Part shown: positions 16,020 to 26,506 of the stretch, piece by piece | Position numbering within the stretch: position 1 is the first letter of the stretch | Layout of the letters: each line of letters begins with the position of its first letter | Assembly (NCBI GenBank): GCA_041736305.1 | Contig: JBGSTX010000095.1 | Span: 1-41,559 of the forward strand | Length of the DNA stretch: 41,559 bases | Source of the DNA: Oligoflexus sp. | GTDB lineage: Bacteria; Bdellovibrionota_B; Oligoflexia; Oligoflexales; Oligoflexaceae | Direction of reading: 5' to 3' | Translations under genes and position numbers: made by a program | The notes under the pieces: model-generated | Seen by the model: the letters and a program-made list of their open reading frames with translations, nothing else | The model's database searches: none | Told to the model about the DNA's origin: nothing

Positions 16020-18587
16020 TCAGCCTTGTAGTTCGTCCATCTGGAGGCTAGGCTTTCGACCCAAAGTTCGCCGCGTCGCCGCATAAGCTGTTAGGAGACA
16101 GACTAAAAGCAGCAGACTCGCCAATGCCGTGGGAAGGAGGAGAGAAGGAACCCAAAGGCCCTTGAAAACGACTTTAGAAATGATGAAGCTCGCGAGCAGA
16201 CCAAGCACTGAGCCCAAAATCGCTGTCGCTAATCCAAGTAGGCCAAACTCCTTTAAATTGGCCCGCATAATCAGCTTGAGGTCGGCGCCGAGGACTTTCA
16301 AGAGATTATGATCCCAACGGCGGAATATGCTTTGCTGGTGAGCGATCGAGAACACTACTATATTGCCGGTCAGAACTGTTAACCATCCCATCACCACGAG
16401 CACCAGGGCCATCTGCTCGACTAGAGCCGTAATCTTGGCGACCAGTTTACTGACATCGATAATCGATACGTTAGGGAACTGCGAAACGATCTTTTTTTGC
16501 AAGAGAGCGCGCTCTTGGTCTTTGACTTCGGGCATGGTGAGGAGAAAGGTCTTAGGCGCATCATCGATTGCCCCAGGCTGCATGAGAATGAAGAAGTTGG
16601 GCTGGAAAGTATTCCACTTTACACGCCTTAGACTTGTGACGCGACCTTCGATGGGCAGACCCTGCACGTCGAAACTCAGTTGATCACCCAGCTCGAATCC
16701 CATGCGCTCGGCGTAACGTTCTTCTATCGAAAGCTCGGCGATTGCGTTCCCATCACCTGCAAATGGTTTTTGAAAGAATTGTCCCTCGGTGATACTTTCA
16801 GCTTGGGCCAAATCGGAGCGATAGGATAGGTTTACGCCCCGGTTGCGGAATCGCTGCTGCTCTTCTTCCTCGCGAGTTTCAGGACCTCCTCCTTCCTCGC
16901 TGTCTTTTCCAGATCTTTGATAGGGCTGACCGTTGACCTTCGTGAGACGAGCCATGATCATCGGCGATACCGAGTTCGGCTTAATCCCTTCATTCGTTAG
17001 GAGAGACTGGATGCCCTCTACCTGGTCTTCCTGTATATCGAAGAGAAAGAGACTCGGGAGGCCATCGCCCTCGGGCCTCTGCAGCTCGGACTGAATACTG
17101 TGCTGAATCTGTGGAATAAGATTAATTAAGGTAGCCCCTACTCCAAGGGCGACAAAGGCGCTGATAGTATGGCTGCGATGGGCGTGAAGATAGGTGATAG
17201 CGAGACGGGTGCTGAGCGTCTTACCGGCTTTAATCCTGCTGAGAAACTTGAGAAGAAGGAGGGCAAAAACTACAAAAATGCACAGTACGATAGCGAGTAT
17301 TCCAACAAATAGACTGCCGACTCGCCAGGAATGAGCCTGCCAAACAGCAAGTCCATAAAATCCAACTAGGGCCGGAAGATAGGCGACCCACGATCCAGGA
17401 TGAGCTTCGTGCGCTAGTCCACCTGCACCCTCTTGGAAGAGGGTCGAGGGTTTGAGGAGGCGTACGCGAGCTAGGAGGGGCAGGCAGACGAGCGCCGCAC
17501 CGACCGTCCCCATCAAGAGAGATAGGGCGTAGCTTGGCCAGCTCAAAGCTGGGCTGATAGCCACAGGCGTTAGATTTTGCAGGAGTTTGGCGCCTAGAGG
17601 CATGAGGCCCATGCTCAGTAGACTCGCGAGAATCGCGCTGAAAAGTCCGAGGGCAAGCACCTGCATCAGATAGAGTAGGCTCGCTCGCTCGTGAGTAAGC
17701 CCAAGGCTAACCAGCGTTGCGATCGATTTTTGGCGTTGGTCGAGGTGGACGCGGAAGAGATAGGAGGCTCCGATAGCTGCCAGCGCCATCGCTACGAGCG
17801 ATACAAGGCCCAGATAATCACTGAGGTAGCCCAGCATCCGGCCATTATCTTGACCTGCTTCGGTGTAGCTCTTGATCCGGACGCCGGGATCCTTGAGATC
17901 TTTATTAATAAGCGTCTGCAGCTCCTTGCTGTCGGCATCTGGCGGAAGCTTAAAAAGTTTCGAACGCCACGCTGTGCTCCCGAATTGCACAAGATCTGAC
18001 TCAAGCAGCTTGTCCTGCCCGATATAGACCCGAGGTGCCATGGAAGTCCCAACCATAGAGGCAGCGCTGTCATCGACGATGACGTCGGCGATGATAAAAT
18101 CCTTTTTACCGATGCGCAGGGCCTCCCCTACCTTGGTGTCGAGCTGAATCAGGAGTTCAGGGGCGACCCAAACTTCAGCTGTGCGAAGCAGAGGAAGAGC
18201 CGAGCTCCCGCGATGAACTCCGGCATTTTCGAGCTGAATTTGGCCATAGAATGGATAGCCTTCGCTCACACCCTTCAGTTCCACAAGGGCCGAACTCTGC
18301 GCACTAGCGACCATCGAGTAGAGGGTGAGCATGTCCTGGGTTTCAGTGCCTGGAGGGAGGCGACTGGCGACCGCGCTCAGATCTTCGTTGCCAAAGGGCT
18401 TGCGCGAAGAAAGAGCGAGATCAGCGGCCATCATCTGTCGCGCCGAATCCTGCAGGCGATCGGAGAAACTTCGCTTCAATGAGTCCAGAGCTATAAAGCC
18501 CAAGAGCCCTAAGCTAAGATTGAGAATAAAAAGGAGGCAAAATCGGGGGCTATGACGCAGTTCACGCCAGGCATAACGAATAAGCAA
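16020..18587 (-). CDS. YbbP-like ABC permease (two FtsX/MacB-type repeats)
   Basis: AWRELR start, MAADLALSS, VELKGV..YPFYG, PSLFLFDIQ, RRVKWNTFQPNFF. Confidence 0.9.
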   Translation of the reverse strand: MLIRYAWRELRHSPRFCLLFILNLSLGLLGFIALDSLKRSFSDRLQDSARQMMAADLALSSRKPFGNEDLSAVASRLPPGTETQDMLTLYSMVASAQSSALVELKGVSEGYPFYGQIQLENAGVHRGSSALPLLRTAEVWVAPELLIQLDTKVGEALRIGKKDFIIADVIVDDSAASMVGTSMAPRVYIGQDKLLESDLVQFGSTAWRSKLFKLPPDADSKELQTLINKDLKDPGVRIKSYTEAGQDNGRMLGYLSDYLGLVSLVAMALAAIGASYLFRVHLDQRQKSIATLVSLGLTHERASLLYLMQVLALGLFSAILASLLSMGLMPLGAKLLQNLTPVAISPALSWPSYALSLLMGTVGAALVCLPLLARVRLLKPSTLFQEGAGGLAHEAHPGSWVAYLPALVGFYGLAVWQAHSWRVGSLFVGILAIVLCIFVVFALLLLKFLSRIKAGKTLSTRLAITYLHAHRSHTISAFVALGVGATLINLIPQIQHSIQSELQRPEGDGLPSLFLFDIQEDQVEGIQSLLTNEGIKPNSVSPMIMARLTKVNGQPYQRSGKDSEEGGGPETREEEEQQRFRNRGVNLSYRSDLAQAESITEGQFFQKPFAGDGNAIAELSIEERYAERMGFELGDQLSFDVQGLPIEGRVTSLRRVKWNTFQPNFFILMQPGAIDDAPKTFLLTMPEVKDQERALLQKKIVSQFPNVSIIDVSKLVAKITALVEQMALVLVVMGWLTVLTGNIVVFSIAHQQSIFRRWDHNLLKVLGADLKLIMRANLKEFGLLGLATAILGSVLGLLASFIISKVVFKGLWVPSLLLPTALASLLLLVCLLTAYAATRRTLGRKPSLQMDELQG

Positions 18588-18622
18588 GGGTTCTCCTTCG
18601 CCTCAATCAATAAAGTCTGCTT

Positions 18623-19297
18623 TTAATTATTCGACCCGACCAATCCCTGCTGCAGTACCAGCTGACGATGGCAGCGTTTGGCCAGTTCACGATCGTGCGT
18701 CACGAGTAGGAGAGTCATGCCTCTTTGTTGAACAGCTTCAAAAAGCAGATTCATGACTTTTTCGCCAGTCGCGGCATCGAGGTTTCCACTCGGTTCATCG
18801 GCGAGGAGTAGCGCCGGCTTAACCACAAAAGCTCGTGCGATGGCTACCCGCTGACACTCACCGCCGCTCAACTGCGAGGGGACATGATCTTCCCTATGGC
18901 TAAGGCCCACCGCATGGAGCGCATCGCGAGCTAGTTCGCGGGCGTTTGAGACCCCGGCGATATCCAGAGGTAAAAGCACGTTTTCGAGAGCCGACAGACT
19001 CTGCATCAGGTGAAACTGCTGAAAAATAATTCCGATCGACTGACCCCTGAAACGGGTAAGCTCAGCCTGGGTCATCGCCTGCAGGCTCTTATCGCGAAGC
19101 CGAATCTCCCCTTCAGACGGCTGATCGAGTCCGGCCAGCAGGGAAAGGAGCGTAGATTTTCCCGAACCTGACTGACCGACGATGGCCAAAGTCTCGCCGG
19201 CGAGTACTTCGAAGTTGAGGTTCTGTAGGACTTTTATCGTACTGTCGCCTTGCCGGAAATACTTCGATAAAGCACGAACACTGACCAGCGGGCTCAT
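18623..19297 (-). CDS. YbbA/LolD-like ABC ATP-binding protein
   Basis: GQSGSGKSTLL, LSGGECQRVAIARA, LLADEPSGNLD, LVTHD. Confidence 0.93.
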   Translation of the reverse strand: MSPLVSVRALSKYFRQGDSTIKVLQNLNFEVLAGETLAIVGQSGSGKSTLLSLLAGLDQPSEGEIRLRDKSLQAMTQAELTRFRGQSIGIIFQQFHLMQSLSALENVLLPLDIAGVSNARELARDALHAVGLSHREDHVPSQLSGGECQRVAIARAFVVKPALLLADEPSGNLDAATGEKVMNLLFEAVQQRGMTLLLVTHDRELAKRCHRQLVLQQGLVGSNN

Positions 19298-19905
19298 AAT
19301 AGCTCCTTGACCTTGGGATAGATGAGGTCCAAGACCTTATCATAGCCCTTTTCGTTGGGGTGAATGCCGTCAGCTTGGTTGAGAGCTGGATCCCCTGCCA
19401 CTCCTTCGAGGAAAAACGGAACAAATTTCAGCTCGTAGGTCTTGGCTAGCTTTTCGAAGCTGCTCGCAAAATCCTTTGGAAACTTGTCGCCGTAGTTAGG
19501 GGGAGCGCGCATGCCGAGGAGGAGGACCTTGATCCCACTACCCTTGAGCTGATCCATGACAGCCGCCATGTTCTTGTAGGAAGCTGCCGGATCAATCCCG
19601 CGCAAACCATCGTTCGCGCCTAACGCGTAGATCACTATATCGGGCTTTTGTCGCTTGAGTTGAAACTTGATCGCCGAAACACCGAAAGCGGTCGTCGCAC
19701 CGCTTGAACCGGCATTCACTACCTTCACTTCAGGAAACCCTGTGCTGCGGAGCTTATTTTCCAGGAGCACCGGCCAGGTCTTCTCAGGCGCTACCCCCAA
19801 GCCAAAGGTAAGGGAATCTCCTAAAGAAAGAATGACGGGTTTGGCCTCCGCTAAAAGCGAAAAGAGCGAGAAAAACAAAGCGATCAGAACACGGTATATA
19901 CGCAT
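19294..19905 (-). CDS. tesA: GDSL/SGNH arylesterase (TesA-like)
   Basis: GDSLT, VVNAGSSG, LGANDGLRG, PPNYG, NQADGIHPN; signal peptide. Confidence 0.9.
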   Translation of the reverse strand: MRIYRVLIALFFSLFSLLAEAKPVILSLGDSLTFGLGVAPEKTWPVLLENKLRSTGFPEVKVVNAGSSGATTAFGVSAIKFQLKRQKPDIVIYALGANDGLRGIDPAASYKNMAAVMDQLKGSGIKVLLLGMRAPPNYGDKFPKDFASSFEKLAKTYELKFVPFFLEGVAGDPALNQADGIHPNEKGYDKVLDLIYPKVKELL

Positions 19906-20008
19906 AAATCACCTTTTGACCTCAGGCCTGGCCCTCGTTATTATCCCCTACGATCGAGCGGCCGCCAATGCTTCTAGAAACAAGAACGACACCTGAAGGG
20001 AACGCGAG

Positions 20009-21253
20009 ATGGATTTTTTCAACTATCGCCAAGGGGAAGCCTACTGCGAGGATCTGGCGCTCGAACATATCGCCAAAGAGGTGGGGACCCCTTGTTATGT
20101 TTATTCCTTAGCCACTCTGCGCCGTCACGCTCGTCGCCTGCAGGAAGCCTTCGCGAGCTATCCAACCTTGCCTTGCTTTGCCGTTAAAGCCAATAGCAAC
20201 CTTTCTGTGCTGCGGGAAATTTTCAGTCTCGGTTACGGAGCCGACATCGTTTCGCTCGGCGAACTGGAACGAGCGATCCGGGCCGACGTAGATCCGGAAC
20301 GGGTTGTTTATTCGGGTGTTGGTAAACGGGTCGACGAAATCGAAGCGGCGCTCGCTCGCGGGATTTTCTCATTCAATGTCGAGTCCATGGGCGAGCTCGA
20401 GCAAATTGCTGCTGTTTCTAGGCGGAAAGGAGCTGTGGCTCGCATCGCTCTGCGCGTCAACCCCAATATTGACGCCAAGACCAATCCTAAGATTACGACG
20501 GGACTTTTCTCTACTAAATTTGGGCTGGTCGAAAGTCAGGCCCTGGCGATGGCCGAACGAATCAAGAGTCTACCTTCACTCAAGTTAGTAGGAGTCGGTT
20601 GTCACATAGGAAGCCAGATACTCGAAATCCAGCCCCTGGCAGAAGCGGCAAAGATTCTAGCCGCCTTCGCCGAGAAATTGCGGGCCCAGGGCCACCAGCT
20701 GGAATGTATCGACATGGGCGGCGGGCTCGGTATTCGCTACAAAAACGAAGAGCCCCCTGAGCCCGAGCTCTATGCTAAGGCTTTGATCGACGCAGTCCGG
20801 CCCACCGGACTGAAGCTTCTCATCGAACCAGGTCGGGTTCTTGTGGGTAATATGGGCATCCTTTTGACACGTGTTATTGCCAGAAAGCAGACTCCCGAAA
20901 AATCCTTCCTCATCGTCGATGGGGCTATGAATGATTTGATTCGTCCATCGATGTACGATTCCTTTCATGAGATTCGTGCGGTTCGTGAGTCGGCAAAGGA
21001 AGCCAATCGACTCATGGATGTAGTGGGGCCGGTTTGCGAAACGGGTGATTTTTTTGGCAAAGACCGTTTGCTGCCTGAGAGCTTGGACGAAGGCGACCTC
21101 GTCTACCTGCGCAGTGCTGGGGCCTACGGTTCAGCGATGGCTTCCAATTATAACAGCCGCCCTCGGGCTCCAGAGATACTGGTGGATGGAACGCAGTTCC
21201 GTGTCGTCCGCCAGCGCGAAAAATTAGAGGATCTCTGGCGTCTCGAGCTTTAA
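20009..21253 (+). CDS. lysA: Diaminopimelate decarboxylase
   Basis: FAVKANSN (PLP Lys), HIGSQI, DMGGGLG, EPGR, GPVCETGD, GAYGSAMASNYNSRPR. Confidence 0.96.
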   Translation: MDFFNYRQGEAYCEDLALEHIAKEVGTPCYVYSLATLRRHARRLQEAFASYPTLPCFAVKANSNLSVLREIFSLGYGADIVSLGELERAIRADVDPERVVYSGVGKRVDEIEAALARGIFSFNVESMGELEQIAAVSRRKGAVARIALRVNPNIDAKTNPKITTGLFSTKFGLVESQALAMAERIKSLPSLKLVGVGCHIGSQILEIQPLAEAAKILAAFAEKLRAQGHQLECIDMGGGLGIRYKNEEPPEPELYAKALIDAVRPTGLKLLIEPGRVLVGNMGILLTRVIARKQTPEKSFLIVDGAMNDLIRPSMYDSFHEIRAVRESAKEANRLMDVVGPVCETGDFFGKDRLLPESLDEGDLVYLRSAGAYGSAMASNYNSRPRAPEILVDGTQFRVVRQREKLEDLWRLEL

Positions 21254-21276
21254 AAATTCAACGAAAAGGGCAGGAG

Positions 21277-22263
21277 ATGGAATTTAAAGCCTATCGGATT
21301 AAAGAAGAAGGTTTGGGCAAGGGGCAGCTTACTACGCTCCGAAAAGAAGATCTCACAGCGGGATCGGTCACGATCGAAGCGCACTACTCGAGCCTCAACT
21401 ATAAAGATGCGCTCGCCATAAGCGGAGTGGGCAAGATCCTCAAGCGCTTTCCTCTTAATCCCGGCATTGATGTAGCAGGAACTGTTATCGAGTCGATTGA
21501 CGATCGCTTTCAGGTCGGCGATTCGGTGCTCGTCACAGGCTGCAATCTCGGCGAAGCCGTCGATGGTGGTTTCTCTGAGGTGCTGCGCGTAGACGGCAAC
21601 ATGATCGTAGCTCTTCCGAAGGGCTTGAGCCTTCGGGAAAGCATGATCTATGGTACGGCCGGTTTCACGGCTGCTCTCTGTATGCATAGAATGCTGGTCA
21701 ACGATCAAAGCCCAGCCAAGGGCCCCATCGTAGTTACTGGTGCTTCGGGCGGCGTGGGCTCATTTGCGGTGGCTATGCTCAGTAAGCTGGGTTTTGAAGT
21801 CATTGCGGTCAGTGGTAAAGAAGAAGTCGCCAATCGATTGAAAAGTTTAGGCGCGCATAAAGTCGTCTCCCCCGACGAGCTGCAGCTCGGTCAGGAGGCT
21901 CTCGGCAAAGTTCGCTTCGGGGGTGCTATCGACAACGTGGGAGGAACCCTGCTTGAGGGAATTCTGAAGCATGTCGAGCTCTGGGGCAATGTAGCGAGCG
22001 TTGGTCTTGCCGGAGGCCAGAGCTTCCATTCGAGCGTCATGCCTTTTATCCTGCGCGGTGTCAGCCTACTCGGCATCAGCTCGAACAACTGTCCCATGCC
22101 GCTGCGACGCGAAATATGGAAGCGCCTCGCCGGCGATCTGCGGCCCCCGGAACTGGAGACTTTCGTTCAGGGCGAACTGAAGCTCGCCGATCTCGCCGCA
22201 AGTGCGCAGGCGATGCTCGGCCGTAAAACGATAGGCCGACACATCGTTAAGATCAAACACTGA
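21277..22263 (+). CDS. YhdH/AcuI-family NADPH oxidoreductase (acryloyl-CoA reductase-like)
   Basis: YSSLNYKDALA, GTAGFTAAL, VTGASGGVGS, VMPFILRGVSLLGI. Confidence 0.93.
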   Translation: MEFKAYRIKEEGLGKGQLTTLRKEDLTAGSVTIEAHYSSLNYKDALAISGVGKILKRFPLNPGIDVAGTVIESIDDRFQVGDSVLVTGCNLGEAVDGGFSEVLRVDGNMIVALPKGLSLRESMIYGTAGFTAALCMHRMLVNDQSPAKGPIVVTGASGGVGSFAVAMLSKLGFEVIAVSGKEEVANRLKSLGAHKVVSPDELQLGQEALGKVRFGGAIDNVGGTLLEGILKHVELWGNVASVGLAGGQSFHSSVMPFILRGVSLLGISSNNCPMPLRREIWKRLAGDLRPPELETFVQGELKLADLAASAQAMLGRKTIGRHIVKIKH

Positions 22264-24859
22264 GACTCTTTGAAACCACCTCGAAAACATCGCGTGAAAG
22301 GGGCTTCTGATTCATAATTTTTTGCAGCTGACTCCGCATATGGTTCTTGCGGGACTCATCATAACGCGTGTAACGGCTGAGTGCATTGACTAGACCAGCT
22401 GCCACCTGCGGATTGTTGGGATCGATCTTTAAGGCATAATTCGCGACTAGGGCATAACCTTCCCCAGAAGGATGATGAAAGCCGAAAGGGTTAGCGCGGG
22501 CAAACTGTCTGAAGACCGAATAAACGCGATTAGGATTCGCTATGTCAAAATCCGGATGAGCAAGGAGTTTTTTTACCTGAGCGAGGACCTCAGGATGAAA
22601 CGAGCTAGCTTGTATAGCAAACCACTTGTCGATAACGAGAGGATCTCTCTTCCAGCGCTGATAGAAATGCTGGAAGGAGCTTTCGCGCAGCGGTGAACTT
22701 AAGGGGGCTAAAGCTCCCAACGACGCCACCGCGTCGGTCATGGTATGGGCTTCCTCATACTGAGTCACAGCTAGCTTTATCAACTCGTCATCGGGTCTCT
22801 GGGCGAGAAGGTAGAGGCAGGCGTTTTTCAACTCGCGGCGCCCGATAGAGCTTCGGTCCATCCCTAGGCCACGTCTATCGTGGAAGCGATGATAAATGTC
22901 GTAAAGCTCGCTTTTTAGCTCCAATGCCAGATGCTCGACGAGCCGCTTACGGCGCGTAAATAGGGTGTCGAGATTTACGGCTGGCTCCTGCTGCATCAGA
23001 TAGTCGAGTGAGGGAGGCTGAATAGCCATTGCCAAGAGGCGCGGATCGCCTTCGCGATCACTCAAGAGTCTTTGCATCGCCACTTTATAGGGCTTTGGAA
23101 AGGGCGTTGACTCCGGCAACTCGAGCATGCGCTGGGCTATGGTCTGTGCCGCCTCGTACTTGTTAAAGGCATCCGTCTCATGCGCGAGGAGGGTGAAAAG
23201 GTCGGCTTCAGAAATGGAGCGCTCGACGCGGACCGGAGCCGAAAAGCTCCGAAAAACCGAGGGCAGGGCATCTTCCTCAACCCCTTCAAAGACAAAATCC
23301 TCTTTTTCCTCTCTGAGCAGCAGCAGGTGCTCATGAGCAAGTTCTTTCCCTTGGCGAACTTGGAGCGCCTTACCAGCCTTGCTGATCAAGGCGGTTCGTA
23401 CAGGGATGGGCAGCGGACGATAGGTCTGGTCTTTGAGTCCCGAGGCCTGACTTAGGCTCAAAGTCAGCTTTTTGCTCTTGGGATCGTAGCTGCTCTTCAC
23501 AGAAATGAGAGGAGTCCCGGCTTGCTGATACCAGAGCTTAAAGGACTTCAGGTCGATAGCTGCAGACTCTTCCATCGTCTGCAGGAAATCTTCGATCGTC
23601 GCAGCCTGCCCATCGAATTTTTTGAAGTAAAGCTGCACAGCCTTAGTGAAGTGCTCTGCCCCTAAAAGGCTTTGCAGCATGCGAATCAGCTCGGCACCTT
23701 TATTGTATATCGTTGCCGTATAGAAATTATTGATTTCAATATAGCTGTCGGGGCGGACTGGATGGGCCATGGGGCCACTGTCTTCAGAAAACTGCTGCTC
23801 ACGCAGGGCCCGGACATCGCCTATGCGTTTGACGGCGGCTGAGCCTTGGTCGGCAGAGAACTGCTGGTCCCGGAATACCGTAAGTCCTTCTTTGAGGCTC
23901 AGCTGGAACCAGTCGCGCAGAGTCACCCTGTTGCCAGACCAGTTGTGAAAATATTCGTGACCCACGACGCCGAGTATATTCTCGAAATCGGTATCGGTGG
24001 CGGTCTCTGGGCTGGCCAGCACGTACTTGGAGTTGAAAATATTCAGTCCCTTGTTCTCCATCGCTCCCATATTGAAGTCGCTGACGGCCACGACCATGAA
24101 GAGATCGAGGTCGTATTCAAGCCCGTAGACTTCTTCGTCCCAACGCATCGCTCGCTTGATCGCATCCATAGCGAAGCCGCACTTGCCGATATTTTCCTTT
24201 TCCACATAAATGTGAACGGCAACTTTTCGGCCTGAAAGAGTTTCGTACTGATCGCTGATGCAACTGAGATCGCCGGCTACGAGAGCGAAGAGATAGCTCG
24301 GCTTCGGAAAAGGATCGTGCCAGACGGCGTAGTGTTTGCCATCTGATCTTTGGCCTTTAGCCATAAGATTGCCGTTAGATAGCAGTACGGGTAAACGACC
24401 CTTCGGAGCAAGTATGGTCGTCTCAAATTCCGCCATCACATCTGGGCGATCGAGGTAGTAGGTTATGCGTCGAAAGCCCTCTGGCTCACACTGCGTATAG
24501 AACTGATCGTGAGAAAGATAGAGACCCTCAAGGGCCAAATTTTGACGCGGGGATATCTTTGTAATGAGCTCTAGCTCGAAACTCTCGGGAAGGTTTTCTA
24601 GTTCTAGCTGCTCAGGGCTGAATTTTAAGTCCTTTAGACTGAGAGCTCTGCCGTCTATAGCAACGCTGAGAAGAGTGAGTTCTTTGCCCCGTAGACTCAA
24701 GGTCGAAGGGCTGCCAGGTGTCTGGCGGTAGCTGACCAGTGAAGTGACCACGGTGGCATCTGGATCGAGGTCTACGCTCAGTTTGACTTTAGTGGCCCAG
24801 TAATTTGGCGGACGATAGTCCTTCAGAAAAACTGTGGCTGGTGCATCGTCGGCGCGCAT
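22253..24859 (-). CDS. pepN: Aminopeptidase N (M1 family)
   Basis: TQCEPEGFRRITYY, GAMENKGLNIFN, HEYFHNWSGNRVT..WFQLSLKEG, IDKWF, NPNRV. Confidence 0.97.
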   Translation of the reverse strand: MRADDAPATVFLKDYRPPNYWATKVKLSVDLDPDATVVTSLVSYRQTPGSPSTLSLRGKELTLLSVAIDGRALSLKDLKFSPEQLELENLPESFELELITKISPRQNLALEGLYLSHDQFYTQCEPEGFRRITYYLDRPDVMAEFETTILAPKGRLPVLLSNGNLMAKGQRSDGKHYAVWHDPFPKPSYLFALVAGDLSCISDQYETLSGRKVAVHIYVEKENIGKCGFAMDAIKRAMRWDEEVYGLEYDLDLFMVVAVSDFNMGAMENKGLNIFNSKYVLASPETATDTDFENILGVVGHEYFHNWSGNRVTLRDWFQLSLKEGLTVFRDQQFSADQGSAAVKRIGDVRALREQQFSEDSGPMAHPVRPDSYIEINNFYTATIYNKGAELIRMLQSLLGAEHFTKAVQLYFKKFDGQAATIEDFLQTMEESAAIDLKSFKLWYQQAGTPLISVKSSYDPKSKKLTLSLSQASGLKDQTYRPLPIPVRTALISKAGKALQVRQGKELAHEHLLLLREEKEDFVFEGVEEDALPSVFRSFSAPVRVERSISEADLFTLLAHETDAFNKYEAAQTIAQRMLELPESTPFPKPYKVAMQRLLSDREGDPRLLAMAIQPPSLDYLMQQEPAVNLDTLFTRRKRLVEHLALELKSELYDIYHRFHDRRGLGMDRSSIGRRELKNACLYLLAQRPDDELIKLAVTQYEEAHTMTDAVASLGALAPLSSPLRESSFQHFYQRWKRDPLVIDKWFAIQASSFHPEVLAQVKKLLAHPDFDIANPNRVYSVFRQFARANPFGFHHPSGEGYALVANYALKIDPNNPQVAAGLVNALSRYTRYDESRKNHMRSQLQKIMNQKPLSRDVFEVVSKSLSV

Positions 24860-24880
24860 GGGTGCCTTCTTTTCAAGAGT

Positions 24881-26305
24881 TTATTTGCGGCGTGAGCGAT
24901 TCTTTTGCTGGCTCGCCAAGCTGCTACTTTCTGTTAAGGGCTGCGGTCTCAGAAGAAGCCAGATCAGAGGAAACATCGCCAAGATACTAGCGAGAGTTAG
25001 GCTCAGTGTGAGAGTAGGCCGCTGGCGATAGCTTTCAATGTAATGGACGGGTCCCCAAAGGCCTGCTCGGACAGCTGCTCTCAAAGTCGGTTTGTCAGAG
25101 ATGTACTGAGCAGCATCTGGACCAACTCGATAGTAAAAACGCACAATTTCGCGTGTCCAGCGATACGGGAGTAAGACCGTATCGCGAAACCAGCGGAGAG
25201 CATTCAGGTGTTTATCCAGAGAGGAACCGTAGGCAGCCGTCGCGATAAAACAAGACGCTTCCCCAGCTTTTGGCTCGCGCCCGCTGGTAATTTCAGTAAG
25301 GATCATGGCGTCGCTTGGAGTCCCGACTACGCAGGCGCGATTAATGCCATCGGGCAAGTACTGAAGGAGAATCGCATAGCTTTGGCCATTCTCAAGATTA
25401 TTGAAGGAAGCCGAATTAGACGAGGTGGACGTCTGCACCTGCGAGCCCTGGCTTTCAAACTGTGACATCGCTTCTGCAGAGTTAAGAACATATTTTTCTC
25501 CAGCTGGGCAGTCGAGGGAGCAGGTCTCCGCTTGAACATCAACGGAGAGTGAACAGGCCGCCGTCACGAGGGGCGCATTGAAGTCAGGATTATATTTATA
25601 GACCGGGATATCTGTAGGGCCGGCCTGCCAGATGCTGGAGGGTAGGAGTAAAGCGAGGACTCCACTGGGAGGAGAATTTCCTCCGCCTTCCCGAGCTACA
25701 GATCCAAGTTGTTTCCAGAACGCTGTCAGTAGCCCTTTGCTGCGGGCGACGCCAGCTTCTTGGACAGCTTCCGACACCCCCGGAGCGAAGGCTACTTCGA
25801 TTCCGTTTTCGATCTCGGGACTTGCTGTGCCGACGAGCAACTTTGTCGATAACTTGGTGTCTTTGGTGAAATTGGGAGCGTCCCCTACGGCGCTTATGAG
25901 TATCTGCGCACGCAGCGTTTGTGTGCTGTCGAGCGGATCCATTTCAAAGTAAACACCTTCTTCGACGCGTGCATAGTACTGAGTGGATAAATCAGTCTCG
26001 AGCGTTTTGTCGATCGAGGGTTCCTGGTAGTTAACTTTCTTAGGGGTATCGCTACACTCTTCCTGACCGGCGACAACACAGATGTCTAGCAAACGAATCA
26101 GCGCTAGACGACCCGTATCAGAATTATCGGGTTGCATCTCGAGAGTGGTGAGATCAGTTGCATTGAGTTTGGACCAGGTTACGTTCAGCCGTATCACTGG
26201 ACGATCACCGCGTTCAATCGTAGCTGTGGGCCGAAGAAAATCGGCCGCAAAAACTGAGGGTGTTATCGCAAAAAGGGCAAAGAGGCAAAAAATAAACTTT
26301 TGCAT
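24881..26305 (-). CDS. Exported protein with C-terminal CFI-box-CTERM domain and TM anchor
   Basis: Signal peptide from ATG 26305 (…SVFA); C-terminal CFIATAAYGS…LRWFRD..L…FYYRVGP, then a hydrophobic helix and basic tail. The start could be further upstream. Confidence 0.8.
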   Translation of the reverse strand: MQKFIFCLFALFAITPSVFAADFLRPTATIERGDRPVIRLNVTWSKLNATDLTTLEMQPDNSDTGRLALIRLLDICVVAGQEECSDTPKKVNYQEPSIDKTLETDLSTQYYARVEEGVYFEMDPLDSTQTLRAQILISAVGDAPNFTKDTKLSTKLLVGTASPEIENGIEVAFAPGVSEAVQEAGVARSKGLLTAFWKQLGSVAREGGGNSPPSGVLALLLPSSIWQAGPTDIPVYKYNPDFNAPLVTAACSLSVDVQAETCSLDCPAGEKYVLNSAEAMSQFESQGSQVQTSTSSNSASFNNLENGQSYAILLQYLPDGINRACVVGTPSDAMILTEITSGREPKAGEASCFIATAAYGSSLDKHLNALRWFRDTVLLPYRWTREIVRFYYRVGPDAAQYISDKPTLRAAVRAGLWGPVHYIESYRQRPTLTLSLTLASILAMFPLIWLLLRPQPLTESSSLASQQKNRSRRK

Positions 26306-26506
26306 GAATTGCAGCACCTTAAAGTCTCGCTCAGGATTAGGAAAACGGTTTGACATATCTCGACTCTGGCATCTTCTCCAGTAAGGCCTCGTCGTGTCAA
26401 GCAGCATGGTCTGAGAAGCGAAACTTAGAGGAAAAAAAGCGGAGATTTGGAGAGAAAAACCGGTCTGAGGCAAAGATGGTGCCGTTTGGGACCGGTTGGA
26501 GAGTCT

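Noticed and set aside
16020-19905. tesA-ybbA-ybbP trio as a novel system
   Set aside because: A widespread known gene cluster; only the co-directional orientation differs from E. coli.
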